A DNA stretch of 64,000 nt from the NCBI RefSeq assembly GCF_016903815.1, contig NZ_CP069973.1. One strand, given 5' to 3'. This stretch comes from Escherichia coli. Its GTDB lineage: Bacteria > Pseudomonadota > Gammaproteobacteria > Enterobacterales > Enterobacteriaceae. Under the pieces are notes generated by a model. That model saw only the letters and a program-made list of their open reading frames with translations. It had not been told where the DNA came from and did not search any database. How positions within the stretch are numbered: position 1 is the first letter of the stretch; each line of letters opens with the position of its first letter. Positions 41,812 through 54,801 of the stretch are shown one piece after another. The position numbers and the translations under genes were made by a program.

Positions 41812-42177
41812 ATGAATAACCACGCTACTGTGCAATCTTCTGCGCCGGTTTCTGCTGCGCCACTGCTGCAGGTGAGCGGCGCACTCATCGCCATTATTGC
41901 CCTGATCCTCGCTGCTGCCTGGCTGGTAAAACGGCTGGGATTTGCCCCTAAACGCACTGGCGTTAACGGTCTGAAAATTAGCGCCAGTGCTTCACTGGGC
42001 GCGCGTGAACGGGTTGTGGTGGTCGATGTGGAAGATGCACGGCTGGTGCTCGGCGTTACCGCAGGGCAAATCAATCTGCTGCATAAACTTCCCCCTTCAG
42101 CACCAACGGAAGAGATACCGCAGACCGATTTTCAGTCGGTTATGAAAAACTTGCTTAAGCGTAGCGGGAGATCCTGA
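41812..42177 (+). CDS. fliO: Flagellar biosynthesis protein FliO
   Basis: ORF 41809-42177; FliO begins [43 protein letters not shown]. Confidence 0.9.
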   Translation: MNNHATVQSSAPVSAAPLLQVSGALIAIIALILAAAWLVKRLGFAPKRTGVNGLKISASASLGARERVVVVDVEDARLVLGVTAGQINLLHKLPPSAPTEEIPQTDFQSVMKNLLKRSGRS

Positions 42178-42914
42178 TGCGTCGTTTGTTGTCTGTCGCA
42201 CCTGTCCTTCTCTGGCTGGTTACGCCCCTCGCCTTCGCGCAACTGCCGGGTATCACCAGCCAGCCGCTGCCTGGCGGTGGACAAAGCTGGTCGCTCCCGG
42301 TGCAAACGCTGGTGTTCATCACCTCGTTGACGTTTATTCCGGCAATTTTACTGATGATGACCAGTTTCACCCGCATCATCATTGTTTTTGGTTTATTGCG
42401 TAACGCGTTGGGAACACCCTCCGCGCCACCTAACCAGGTATTGCTGGGACTGGCGCTGTTTTTGACCTTTTTTATTATGTCGCCGGTGATCGATAAAATT
42501 TATGTCGATGCGTACCAGCCATTCAGCGAAGAGAAAATCTCAATGCAGGAGGCGCTGGAAAAAGGGGCGCAGCCGCTGCGTGAGTTTATGCTGCGTCAGA
42601 CCCGCGAGGCGGATTTAGGGTTGTTTGCCAGACTGGCGAATACTGGCCCGTTGCAGGGACCTGAAGCTGTGCCGATGCGCATTTTGCTCCCGGCCTACGT
42701 GACCAGCGAGTTGAAAACCGCATTTCAGATAGGCTTCACGATTTTCATTCCTTTTTTGATTATCGACCTGGTGATTGCCAGCGTGTTGATGGCATTGGGG
42801 ATGATGATGGTTCCCCCAGCCACAATTGCTCTGCCCTTTAAACTGATGCTGTTTGTACTGGTGGATGGCTGGCAATTGCTGGTCGGTTCGCTGGCGCAGA
42901 GCTTTTACAGCTAG
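42177..42914 (+). CDS. fliP: Flagellar export apparatus protein FliP
   Basis: ORF 245 aa [38 protein letters not shown]. Confidence 0.95.
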   Translation: MRRLLSVAPVLLWLVTPLAFAQLPGITSQPLPGGGQSWSLPVQTLVFITSLTFIPAILLMMTSFTRIIIVFGLLRNALGTPSAPPNQVLLGLALFLTFFIMSPVIDKIYVDAYQPFSEEKISMQEALEKGAQPLREFMLRQTREADLGLFARLANTGPLQGPEAVPMRILLPAYVTSELKTAFQIGFTIFIPFLIIDLVIASVLMALGMMMVPPATIALPFKLMLFVLVDGWQLLVGSLAQSFYS

Positions 42915-42923
42915 AGAGGCAAA

Positions 42924-43193
42924 ATGACACCTGAATCGGTCATGATGATGGGGACTGAAGCGATGAAAGTCGCGCTGGCACTGGCTGCCCCACTGTTGCT
43001 GGTGGCGCTGGTCACGGGTCTTATCATCAGTATTTTGCAGGCCGCCACCCAGATTAACGAAATGACGCTGTCGTTTATTCCGAAAATCATCGCCGTATTT
43101 ATCGCCATTATTATTGCCGGACCGTGGATGCTCAATCTGTTGCTGGATTACGTCCGCACCTTGTTCACTAACCTGCCGTATATCATCGGGTAG
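42924..43193 (+). CDS. fliQ: Flagellar export apparatus protein FliQ
   Basis: ORF 89 aa [54 protein letters not shown]. Confidence 0.95.
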   Translation: MTPESVMMMGTEAMKVALALAAPLLLVALVTGLIISILQAATQINEMTLSFIPKIIAVFIAIIIAGPWMLNLLLDYVRTLFTNLPYIIG

Positions 43194-43201
43194 GCCGTAC
43201 A

Positions 43202-43987
43202 ATGATGCAGGTAACAAGCGATCAATGGCTTTCCTGGTTAAGCCTGTACTTCTGGCCGTTACTGCGCGTGCTGGCGCTCATTTCTACCGCACCAATTCTG
43301 AGCGAACGCAGCGTGCCGAAACGGGTAAAACTGGGTCTGGCAATGATGATCACGTTCGCTATTGCCCCATCATTACCTGCCAACGATGTTCCTGTTTTTT
43401 CGTTCTTTGCTCTGTGGCTGGCCGTGCAGCAGATCCTGATCGGCATTGCGCTTGGTTTTACCATGCAATTTGCCTTTGCCGCTGTGCGAACCGCTGGTGA
43501 AATTATCGGTCTGCAAATGGGGCTGTCATTTGCGACGTTTGTCGATCCGGCCAGCCATCTCAATATGCCCGTTTTAGCGCGTATCATGGATATGCTGGCG
43601 TTACTGCTGTTCCTGACATTTAACGGTCATTTATGGTTGATTTCACTGCTGGCCGATACCTTTCACACCCTGCCAATTGGTGGCGAACCGTTGAACAGCA
43701 ATGCGTTTCTGGCACTCACCAAAGCAGGGAGTTTGATTTTCCTTAACGGGCTGATGCTGGCATTACCGCTCATTACTCTGCTGCTGACCCTGAATCTGGC
43801 ATTAGGCTTACTTAATCGTATGGCCCCGCAATTATCCATTTTTGTTATTGGATTTCCATTAACTCTGACTGTCGGTATCTCTTTAATGGCGGCATTAATG
43901 CCGTTAATTGCGCCTTTTTGCGAACATTTATTCAGTGAGATGTTTAATTTGCTGGCTGATATTATTAGTGAATTGCCATTAATATAA
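43202..43987 (+). CDS. fliR: Flagellar export apparatus protein FliR
   Basis: ORF 261 aa [39 protein letters not shown]. Confidence 0.95.
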   Translation: MMQVTSDQWLSWLSLYFWPLLRVLALISTAPILSERSVPKRVKLGLAMMITFAIAPSLPANDVPVFSFFALWLAVQQILIGIALGFTMQFAFAAVRTAGEIIGLQMGLSFATFVDPASHLNMPVLARIMDMLALLLFLTFNGHLWLISLLADTFHTLPIGGEPLNSNAFLALTKAGSLIFLNGLMLALPLITLLLTLNLALGLLNRMAPQLSIFVIGFPLTLTVGISLMAALMPLIAPFCEHLFSEMFNLLADIISELPLI

Positions 43988-44013
43988 TTCCGTAACGTTT
44001 ATCATGTTATCCT

Positions 44014-44027
44014 AAGGATTATCCGAA
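44014..44027 (+). promoter_or_regulatory. Candidate RcsAB box upstream of rcsA
   Basis: taaggattatccga resembles the RcsAB box consensus TaAGaatatTCctA as I recall it; position upstream of rcsA fits autoregulation. Confidence 0.45.
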
Positions 44028-44276
44028 AAATAATACCTACGAACATCTTCCAGGATACTCCTGCGGCGAAATATTTGTTTTAAGCTCACTCACATATCGC
44101 AACATTTACTTTACTTTAAGACAATTCCAGGCAAATTATACAACACTTTACGGGATAGTAAGTCCGCCTGAAAAATCGCGAGAGTGGCGCATTAGGTGAC
44201 CCATGTTGTTCCGTTTAGTCATGATGAAATATTCAGGTAAGGGGAATTATCGTTACGCATTGAGTGAGGGTATGCC

Positions 44277-44900
44277 ATGTCAACGATTATTATGGATTTA
44301 TGTAGTTACACCCGACTAGGTTTAACCGGGTATCTGTTGAGTAGAGGGGTTAAAAAAAGAGAAATCAACGACATTGAAACCGTTGATGACCTTGCCATAG
44401 CTTGTGATTCACAGCGCCCTTCAGTGGTGTTTATTAATGAGGACTGTTTCATCCACGATGCTTCTAACAGTCAGCGTATCAAGTTCATCATTAATCAACA
44501 TCCCAATACGTTATTTATCGTTTTTATGGCAATTGCCAATGTTCATTTTGATGAATATCTATTGGTCAGAAAAAATTTATTGATCAGTTCTAAATCGATT
44601 AAACCGGAATCTCTCGACGATATCCTTGGCGATATTCTGAAAAAAGAGACAACGATAACCTCGTTTTTAAATATGCCGACGTTATCATTGAGCCGAACCG
44701 AATCGAGTATGTTGCGAATGTGGATGGCAGGTCAGGGAACCATTCAAATCTCTGACCAAATGAATATCAAAGCCAAGACCGTTTCATCGCATAAAGGTAA
44801 TATTAAACGTAAGATCAAAACGCATAATAAACAGGTTATCTACCATGTCGTCCGACTGACGGATAATGTGACTAATGGTATTTTTGTCAACATGCGCTAA
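44277..44900 (+). CDS. rcsA: Capsule synthesis regulator RcsA (LuxR-family)
   Basis: ORF 207 aa [44 protein letters not shown]. Confidence 0.93.
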   Translation: MSTIIMDLCSYTRLGLTGYLLSRGVKKREINDIETVDDLAIACDSQRPSVVFINEDCFIHDASNSQRIKFIINQHPNTLFIVFMAIANVHFDEYLLVRKNLLISSKSIKPESLDDILGDILKKETTITSFLNMPTLSLSRTESSMLRMWMAGQGTIQISDQMNIKAKTVSSHKGNIKRKIKTHNKQVIYHVVRLTDNVTNGIFVNMR

Positions 44901-44943
44901 CACATTCTGACTGGTGGTTTCCCACCAGTCAGGCCGAATTAGA

Positions 44944-45222
<279 letters not shown>

Positions 45223-45294
45223 CTATACTTAAGAGATGCCAGGCGGACTTAACGACTGGCCGCAACAACAGAGTAACGGTTGCGAGGAAAGATG

Positions 45295-45522
45295 ATGAAA
45301 ACCGCAAAAGAGTACAGCGATACCGCAAAACGTGAGGTCAGCGTCGATGTCGATGCCCTGCTGGCGGCGATCAATGAAATTAGCGAAAGCGAAGTTCATC
45401 GCAGCCAGAACGATTCTGAACACGTTAGCGTCGATGGACGTGAATATCATACATGGCGTGAATTGGCGGATGCCTTCGAACTGGATATTCATGACTTCAG
45501 CGTCTCTGAAGTGAATCGTTGA
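45295..45522 (+). CDS. yodD: Stress-induced small protein YodD
   Basis: ORF 45280-45522; YodD begins MKTAKEYSDTAKREVSVDVDALLAAINEISESEVHRSQ. Confidence 0.88.
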   Translation: MKTAKEYSDTAKREVSVDVDALLAAINEISESEVHRSQNDSEHVSVDGREYHTWRELADAFELDIHDFSVSEVNR

Positions 45523-45534
45523 ATGCACAATAAA

Positions 45535-45622
45535 AAAATCCCGACCCTGAGGGGGTCGGGATGAAACTTGCTTAAGCAAGAAGCACTTAAAAAATTCGTT
45601 ACACCAGGAAATCTGATGTGTT
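45535..45622 (-). ncRNA. dsrA: Small regulatory RNA DsrA (Hfq-dependent; activates rpoS translation, represses hns)
   Basis: Reverse complement reads AACACATCAGATTTCCTGGTGTAACGAATTTTTTAAGTGCTTCTTGCTTAAGCAAGTTTCATCCCGACCCCCTCAGGGTCGGGATTT, including the terminator hairpin. Confidence 0.92.
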
Positions 45623-45801
45623 CATCACCTTATCCGCAATTTTTTTCGCTGACAAGAAAATATTCGTGATATGAATGATTAACGCTACTTATGAATAGAA
45701 ATGTGACGCGCGTCACCCCTTGGTGGCTCTGGCGTCAACGGGATCGCTCCCGAAAAAATCATCTTTGATAATTTGTGCTGTTTTGAGAATCATCCTGGTA
45801 A

Positions 45802-48326
<2,525 letters not shown>

Positions 48327-48410
48327 CCTGACGACTCCCAACCTGCTTTTTTATGATTCTGGCATAACCTGGCGATAGCGTACCGCAAAACAGCGATAAT
48401 TTTATAATGG

Positions 48411-48550
48411 TGGCATGATAAGACGCGACAGACATCGATAGTTTTATAACGTAGGCATGATAAGACGCGATAGCGTCGCATCAGGCAATTCAGTGCAGAC
48501 ACTGGCACACCCGACCGGATGCGACGTGAGCGCCACATCCGGTCGGGTGT
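48411..48550. repeat. REP/BIME-type extragenic palindromic repeat cluster
   Basis: Tandem gtaggcatgataagacgcga units and ccggatgcgacg...catccggtcggg palindromes typical of enterobacterial REP sequences. Confidence 0.6.
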
Positions 48551-48563
48551 TAATGATACCCTT

Positions 48564-48746
48564 TCAAACTTCTTCCGCAGAACGACTCCCCTCCCCCGGA
48601 ACAAGCTCGGTTTCATGAAAAGCTTCCCGCTTGACCCCGTAACCGTCATACCAACGACACTCAACCATACCGCTGGAGTATCCGGTGACAATCATCCGCG
48701 GGCCGCCCTCTTTAACCGTAACTTCCTCACTAACCATAAAGCTCAT
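48564..48746 (-). CDS. yodC: Small protein YodC
   Basis: ORF 60 aa MSFMVSEEVTVKEGGPRMIVTGYSSGMVECRWYDGYGVKREAFHETELVPGEGSRSAEEV. Confidence 0.85.
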   Translation of the reverse strand: MSFMVSEEVTVKEGGPRMIVTGYSSGMVECRWYDGYGVKREAFHETELVPGEGSRSAEEV

Positions 48747-48824
48747 ACTCGCCTCCTTTTTTCGAGTGAAACTTGTTCACCTTAGTTGAAGATGGCGAAT
48801 TTTGCATAATAGCCTGTGCGAGTA

Positions 48825-49742
48825 TTAATGTGCCTGACCGCGTATTTTCGCTACGGCTTTCACTCCCAGCACCACGATGCCGCCGATGATAAATCCAAGA
48901 ATCAGATTTAAAACAGTCGGTAATATCATCGCCACCACTGCACTTTGCTGCCCGGCGAAATGTTCAATGGCGTGATGCAGCGGCGCAATTCCATGTACCA
49001 CAATCCCACCGCCGACGAGGAACATCGCCAGCGTGCCGACAATCGATAACGCCTTCATCAACCAGGGCGCAATGATCAATAACCCTTTACCTAATGCCTG
49101 CATCAGCGCGCTGGATTTTTCCGCCAGCCAATACCCCAGGTCATCAATCTTAACGATAACCCCTACCAGACCGTAGACGCCCACGGTCACTACCAGCGCG
49201 ATGCCTGAAAGCACCAGCACCTGATTAAGCAACGGCGCTTCGGCCACAATCCCCAGCGTGATGGCGACGATTTCCGCAGACAATATAAAATCGGTACGAA
49301 TCGCCCCTTTTATTTTGTCTTTTTCAAACTTCAGCGGATCCTGCGCCGCCAGCTTCTCCAGACGCTGCTGACTCTGCGCCGGATCTTCTTTATGTTTACG
49401 CGCCTCCAGCATATGCAGCACTTTCTCTACCCCTTCAAAGCAGAGAAACGCGCCGCCAATCATCAACAGTGGCGTAATCGCCCACGGGATAAACGCACTG
49501 ATGATCAGCGCCAGCGGCACCAGAATCACTTTATTGATCAGCGATCCTTTCGCCACGCCCCAGACCACGGGAAGTTCCCGGTTGGCGCGCACGCCTGAAA
49601 CTTGTTGCGCATTGAGCGATAAGTCATCCCCTAATACACCGGCGGTTTTCTTCGCCGCCAGTTTGCCCATCACGGAGATATCGTCCAGCAGTGTGGCGAT
49701 ATCATCGAGCAACGTCAGTAAACTACTCCCGGCCAAAAGCAT
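48825..49742 (-). CDS. yedI: DUF808 inner-membrane protein YedI
   Basis: ORF 305 aa [47 protein letters not shown]. Confidence 0.88.
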   Translation of the reverse strand: MLLAGSSLLTLLDDIATLLDDISVMGKLAAKKTAGVLGDDLSLNAQQVSGVRANRELPVVWGVAKGSLINKVILVPLALIISAFIPWAITPLLMIGGAFLCFEGVEKVLHMLEARKHKEDPAQSQQRLEKLAAQDPLKFEKDKIKGAIRTDFILSAEIVAITLGIVAEAPLLNQVLVLSGIALVVTVGVYGLVGVIVKIDDLGYWLAEKSSALMQALGKGLLIIAPWLMKALSIVGTLAMFLVGGGIVVHGIAPLHHAIEHFAGQQSAVVAMILPTVLNLILGFIIGGIVVLGVKAVAKIRGQAH

Positions 49743-49914
49743 TCCCTCTCATTTTTATTGTTGAAGGGTGTAAGTATGAAGCAAAAACGGCAGCTCTGAT
49801 ACTTGCTTCACAGGTCAACATTTATTTAACAATCAAGTGCAATTATATCTCTCGCCAGCAGAATGATTTTCACGTTTACTATGAACCACCTTTTTATTTC
49901 AGCCGTGAGGGATT

Positions 49915-50835
49915 ATGCGTTTCCGCCAGTTGTTACCGCTTTTTGGCGCGCTGTTTGCGTTGTATATCATTTGGGGCTCAACCTATTTTGTCATTCGGAT
50001 TGGCGTGGAAAGCTGGCCTCCGTTAATGATGGCGGGCGTTCGATTCCTGGCAGCCGGTATTTTATTGCTGGCATTTTTGCTACTGCGCGGACACAAACTT
50101 CCCCCGCTACGTCCGCTGCTCAATGCCGCGCTGATTGGCCTGTTATTGCTGGCTGTCGGTAATGGCATGGTGACGGTTGCCGAACATCAAAATGTTCCTT
50201 CCGGCATCGCCGCCGTTGTGGTTGCAACCGTGCCCCTCTTTACCCTGTGCTTCAGCCGCCTGTTTGGCATTAAAACGCGCAAACTGGAATGGGTGGGTAT
50301 CGCCATTGGGCTTGCCGGAATCATCATGCTCAATAGCGGTGGAAATTTAAGCGGCAATCCGTGGGGCGCGATTCTGATTTTAATCGGCTCGATTAGCTGG
50401 GCGTTTGGCTCGGTTTATGGCTCGCGCATTACCTTACCTGTAGGGATGATGGCGGGTGCGATTGAGATGCTGGCGGCTGGCGTGGTGTTAATGATTGCGT
50501 CGATGATTGCGGGTGAAAAACTGACGGCGCTCCCTTCCCTTTCAGGCTTCCTTGCGGTCGGCTATCTGGCGCTGTTTGGTTCGATTATCGCCATTAACGC
50601 TTATATGTATTTAATCCGCAACGTCAGTCCGGCTCTCGCCACCAGCTACGCCTACGTTAACCCAGTGGTCGCGGTCTTGCTGGGTACGGGGCTGGGTGGC
50701 GAAACGCTGTCGAAGATTGAATGGCTGGCGCTCGGCGTAATTGTTTTCGCGGTGGTACTGGTCACGTTGGGAAAATATCTCTTCCCGGCCAAACCCGTTG
50801 TCGCGCCAGTTATTCCGGATGCATCAAGCGAGTAA
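49915..50835 (+). CDS. yedA: EamA/DMT-family transporter YedA
   Basis: ORF 306 aa MRFRQLLPLFGALFALYIIWGSTYFVIRIG. Confidence 0.9.
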   Translation: MRFRQLLPLFGALFALYIIWGSTYFVIRIGVESWPPLMMAGVRFLAAGILLLAFLLLRGHKLPPLRPLLNAALIGLLLLAVGNGMVTVAEHQNVPSGIAAVVVATVPLFTLCFSRLFGIKTRKLEWVGIAIGLAGIIMLNSGGNLSGNPWGAILILIGSISWAFGSVYGSRITLPVGMMAGAIEMLAAGVVLMIASMIAGEKLTALPSLSGFLAVGYLALFGSIIAINAYMYLIRNVSPALATSYAYVNPVVAVLLGTGLGGETLSKIEWLALGVIVFAVVLVTLGKYLFPAKPVVAPVIPDASSE

Positions 50836-51294
50836 ATGAATCCCCTGCGTGTCGATCTGCGCGCTGGCACCTTCGCCGCAGATCCACTCTTCCAGACGCT
50901 CGGTAAGCGCCGCATCCGTCAGCTTCTCGCGCCCGCGTAACGCACATTCCCAGACAATCAATACGCGCCAACCGAGTTCCTGCAAATGGCTGATATCACG
51001 ACGATCGCGCTCGACATTTTTACCTATCTTCTCCAGCCAAAAATCTGTTCGCGTGGCGGGGACTTTAAACAGGTAGCAATGGTGATGGTGCCAGAAGCAA
51101 CCGTGGGCAAATATCACACAGCGAAATTCATCAAGGACAAAATCCGGGCGTCCGGGCAGACTGGCGTCCTGAACGCGAAACGCCAGGCCCTGCCCAGTTA
51201 ACAAACTGGCGAGGCGCTTCTCAATCGCCGTATCACGCGTGGCAATCGCGCGCATATTTTTGCTGCGGGTGGCCTTATCGTGAACGTCGACCAT
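50824..51294 (-). CDS. vsr: Very-short-patch repair endonuclease Vsr
   Basis: ORF 50824-51456(-); Vsr-like region begins M(V)[30 protein letters not shown]; 5' end overlaps the 3' end of dcm. Confidence 0.9.
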   Translation of the reverse strand: MVDVHDKATRSKNMRAIATRDTAIEKRLASLLTGQGLAFRVQDASLPGRPDFVLDEFRCVIFAHGCFWHHHHCYLFKVPATRTDFWLEKIGKNVERDRRDISHLQELGWRVLIVWECALRGREKLTDAALTERLEEWICGEGASAQIDTQGIHLLA

Positions 51295-52693
51295 GTTGTG
51301 CCTCTTGCTGACGCAACGCCACCGCCTGTTTGATTTTTGGCTCAAGCAGTTTTGCCACCGCGGCAAAGACCGGCACGACCACCGAGTTACCGAACTGGCG
51401 ATAAGCCTGAGTGTCCGAAACCGGAATGCGGAATTTCGCTTCTCCCGGCGCTTCAAAACCCATTAAGCGCGCACATTCCCGAGGCGTTAACCGACGTGGG
51501 CGATGTTGCTGATTCAGCGGATCGTCAAAGTCTTTCTCACCCGTTGCCATATCCCAGCCGCGATCGATTAAAATTTCCGCGCCATCTTTGTAATAACGCG
51601 CAGACAGCGTACGCGTGACGCTTTGCGGATTGTTCGGATAAACCATTCCATAACCGAAGCCGTTACCGCGCGCCTGATGTTTTTTCGCATATCGATAGAG
51701 GTACTTCCACAGTACCGGCGTCAGGATATATTTCGCCTCGACCATCGGGTCCAGCAGCTGCGCCAGCGTCACTCGCTGTGCAGGGAAACATTTGCTGATA
51801 TCACGCAGAGTAAAATCGGCTTTCAGATTCAGATCGCGACGAAAACCCACCAGCACGATGCGTTCACGGTGCTGCGGCAGAAAATGTTTGCCGTCGATGA
51901 TTTTCGGATCGTCCGGCCCGTTATCTTCTGCATCAGCCACGTCATAGCCCAGTTCGTCCAGCGTCTGCATGATGATGCGGAACGTTTTACCCTGGTCGTG
52001 ACTTTTCAGGTTTTTGACGTTTTCGAGCACAAACATCGCCGGACGACGCGCGTCGATAATGCGCACCACATCAAAGAACAGCGTGCCCTGGGTATCGCAG
52101 GCAAAACCGTGCGCCCGCCCGAGCGAGTTCTTTTTCGATACGCCAGCCAGCGAAAATGGCTGACAAGGGAAACCGGCCAGTAAAACATCGTGTTCAGGAA
52201 TGTGTTGACGAATATGTTCCGCCGCCGCCTCATCACTCACGCCTTCTTGATGGCTGAGGGTGATGTCGCGGATATCCTCATTAAAATGATGCGTCGCCGG
52301 GTCGCAATAATGGTTGGCTTTATAAGTGCGTACCGCATGTTTGTTCCATTCGCTGGTAAACACGCACTGTCCACCAATCGATTCAAAACCGCGACGGATG
52401 CCGCCAATTCCGGCAAATAGATCGATAAAGCGAAACGCATAATGCGGATGATGTGCCGGTGGTTTGGGTAACAACGTTTGCAGATGGGCGAACTCTTTCT
52501 CACTTAAACGGTGCCATGCCGAGTCATTCGCCAGCGCACGTTTTAAAATTGCCGCGCTCCAGTGATTCTCACCCACACCATTAAGCTGCGCCACCAGCGT
52601 TTTAACATCATAAATTTGCAGCAGTTTCTCCAGCATTGCCTGTGCGGCATTCCCGGTGCTGTATGAATCGGTTACTGATATATTTTCCTGCAT
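51275..52693 (-). CDS. dcm: DNA-cytosine C5 methyltransferase Dcm (CCWGG)
   Basis: ORF 472 aa [33 protein letters not shown] with FxGxGG (DLFAGIGG), PCQ and ENV motifs. Confidence 0.95.
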   Translation of the reverse strand: MQENISVTDSYSTGNAAQAMLEKLLQIYDVKTLVAQLNGVGENHWSAAILKRALANDSAWHRLSEKEFAHLQTLLPKPPAHHPHYAFRFIDLFAGIGGIRRGFESIGGQCVFTSEWNKHAVRTYKANHYCDPATHHFNEDIRDITLSHQEGVSDEAAAEHIRQHIPEHDVLLAGFPCQPFSLAGVSKKNSLGRAHGFACDTQGTLFFDVVRIIDARRPAMFVLENVKNLKSHDQGKTFRIIMQTLDELGYDVADAEDNGPDDPKIIDGKHFLPQHRERIVLVGFRRDLNLKADFTLRDISKCFPAQRVTLAQLLDPMVEAKYILTPVLWKYLYRYAKKHQARGNGFGYGMVYPNNPQSVTRTLSARYYKDGAEILIDRGWDMATGEKDFDDPLNQQHRPRRLTPRECARLMGFEAPGEAKFRIPVSDTQAYRQFGNSVVVPVFAAVAKLLEPKIKQAVALRQQEAQHGRRSR

Positions 52694-52759
52694 AGATTTA
52701 ACCGGCCATCTGAGATGGCCGACAGGTTAACATAATTACTGCCGTTTAGGGCCACGCGC

Positions 52760-53197
52760 TCAGCCAGCAGGTGAAAACGCATCTATCACCTTGTGATCGA
52801 TACCTTCATTCTCCCCCGCCAGTTCGGCACCGAGCTTCGCCATAAACTCGACTAAAAATTGCGCGTTGTGCTGTGCCAGCTGCTTGCCTCTTGCGGTTTG
52901 CATGGTTTGCGGTAATTTCAGTAACTTTGTCTGGAAATGATCCAGCGCGTAGCGTTTATCATCAAGCGGGCGATGCTGTGCGAACGGATCTTCGCCATCA
53001 AACAGCGCCAAGCCCAATGCCCCTGAAACGGCAAATACGCGCGCCAGGCCAATCGCCCCCAGGGCTTCCAGCCGATCCGCATCCTGGACGATTTTAGCTT
53101 CCGTTGTTAAGGGGGCGATTTGCGCGCTGAAACTGTGAGCGGCAATGGCATGACAAACGGCCTCAATTTTCTCCGCCGGAAATTGCACGAACTCTTC
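52760..53197 (-). pseudogene. yedJ: yedJ (HD-domain phosphohydrolase) lacking its 5' end, which is replaced by IS1
   Basis: Reading frame (E)[25 protein letters not shown]... runs up to the IS1 end at 53198; roughly 85 N-terminal codons are absent (length from memory). Confidence 0.8.
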
Positions 53198-53252
53198 GGT
53201 AATGCTGCCAACTTACTGATTTAGTGTATGATGGTGATTTTAAGGTGCTTGC

Positions 53253-53528
53253 GTGGCTTCCATTTCCATCAGATGTCCTTCCTGCTCCGCTACTGAAGGC
53301 GTGGTGCGTAACGGCAAAAGCACTGCCGGACATCAGCGCTATCTCTGCTCTCATTGCCGTAAAACATGGCAACTACAGTTCACTTACACCGCCTCTCAGC
53401 CCGGTAAGCACCAGAAAATCATTGATATGGCCATGAATGGCGTCGGATGTCACGCCAGTGCACGCATTATGGGCGTTGGCCTCAACACGGTTTTACGTCA
53501 CTTAAAAAACTCAGGCCGCAGTCGGTAA
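53253..53528 (+). CDS. insA: IS1 InsA
   Basis: ORF 91 aa [66 protein letters not shown]. Confidence 0.95.
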   Translation: MASISIRCPSCSATEGVVRNGKSTAGHQRYLCSHCRKTWQLQFTYTASQPGKHQKIIDMAMNGVGCHASARIMGVGLNTVLRHLKNSGRSR

Positions 53529-53950
53529 CCTCGCGCATACAACCGGGCAGTGATGTGATTGTCTGCGCTGAAATGGACGAACAGTGGGGCTACGTCGGTG
53601 CTAAATCACGTCAGCGCTGGCTGTTTTACGCGTATGACAGGATACGGAGGACGGTTGTGGCGCACGTCTTCGGTGAACGCACTCTGGCCACACTGGAGCG
53701 TCTTCTGAGCCTGCTGTCGGCCTTTGAGGTCGTGGTATGGATGACGGATGGCTGGCCGCTGTATGAATCACGCCTGAAGGGAAAGCTGCACGTTATCAGC
53801 AAGCGTTACACTCAGCGCATTGAGCGACATAATCTGAATCTGAGACAACATCTGGCAAGGCTGGGACGGAAGTCACTGTCGTTCTCAAAATCGGTGGAGC
53901 TGCATGACAAGGTCATCGGGCATTATCTGAACATAAAACACTATCAGTAA
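53447..53950 (+). CDS. insB: IS1 InsB (expressed as InsAB' fusion by -1 frameshift)
   Basis: ORF 167 aa ...[110 protein letters not shown]. Confidence 0.93.
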   Translation: MSRQCTHYGRWPQHGFTSLKKLRPQSVTSRIQPGSDVIVCAEMDEQWGYVGAKSRQRWLFYAYDRIRRTVVAHVFGERTLATLERLLSLLSAFEVVVWMTDGWPLYESRLKGKLHVISKRYTQRIERHNLNLRQHLARLGRKSLSFSKSVELHDKVIGHYLNIKHYQ

Positions 53951-53965
53951 GTTGGAGTCATTACC

Positions 53966-54694
53966 CCAAAACCGTATCGCGGTAAACATAAAATTCTGGT
54001 GATCGCCGCGGACGAACGTTATTTGCCGACCGATAACGGAAAACTGTTCTCGACCGGTAACCATCCGATTGAAACGTTGCTGCCGTTGTATCATCTCCAT
54101 GCTGCAGGTTTCGAATTCGAAGTGGCGACCATTTCCGGTCTGATGACCAAGTTTGAATACTGGGCTATGCCGCACAAAGATGAAAAAGTAATGCCATTCT
54201 TTGAGCAGCATAAATCGTTGTTCCGCAATCCGAAAAAACTCGCGGATGTTGTCGTCAGCCTCAACGCAGACAGCGAATATGCAGCAATCTTTGTTCCTGG
54301 TGGTCATGGCGCACTTATTAGTTTACCAGAAAGCCAGGACGTGGCTGCTGCTTTGCAGTGGGCAATCAAAAATGACCGTTTTGTTATCTCCCTTTGCCAC
54401 GGCCCGGCGGCTTTTCTGGCGCTTCGCCACGGCGATAACCCACTGAATGGTTATTCCATTTGCGCATTCCCAGACGCCGCAGACAAACAAACGCCAGAGA
54501 TAGGCTATATGCCGGGTCATCTCACCTGGTACTTCGGCGAAGAGCTGAAGAAAATGGGCATGAACATTATTAATGACGACATCACCGGGCGAGTACATAA
54601 GGACCGTAAAGTTCTCACCGGCGACAGTCCTTTCGCAGCGAATGCGTTGGGTAAACTGGCGGCGCAGGAAATGCTGGCAGCTTATGCGGGTTAA
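53966..54694 (+). pseudogene. hchA: hchA (Hsp31 glyoxalase/chaperone) lacking its first ~41 codons and native promoter
   Basis: Frame resumes at PKPYRGKHKILVIAADERYLPTDNGKLFSTGNHPIE... directly after the IS1 right end; the remainder is colinear with HchA to the stop. Confidence 0.85.
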
Positions 54695-54730
54695 TCCCTG
54701 TTACGTATGAATGTAAGCGCATAATCAATC

Positions 54731-54768
54731 GCAGCCACGTTAATACTCACGACGTGGCTGCGTTTTTT
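54731..54768 (+). terminator. Rho-independent terminator after hchA
   Basis: gcagccacgt...acgtggctgc hairpin followed by tttttt. Confidence 0.65.
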
Positions 54769-54801
54769 CATGGTTGATTTATGGCGTACTGAAGCCCTAT
54801 G

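Larger units (their letters stand above)
53198..53965 (+). mobile_element. IS1 insertion sequence (768 bp) with terminal inverted repeats
   Basis: Left end GGTAATGCTGCCAACTTACTGATTTAGTGTATGATGGTG and right end ...CAGTAAGTTGGAGTCATTACC; contains insA and insB; no 9-bp target duplication is visible in the flanks. Confidence 0.95.

Noticed and set aside
42615-43217. 200-aa minus-strand ORF antisense to fliP/fliQ
   Set aside because: His/Gln/Arg-rich translation with no family resemblance; overlapped by conserved fliP and fliQ.
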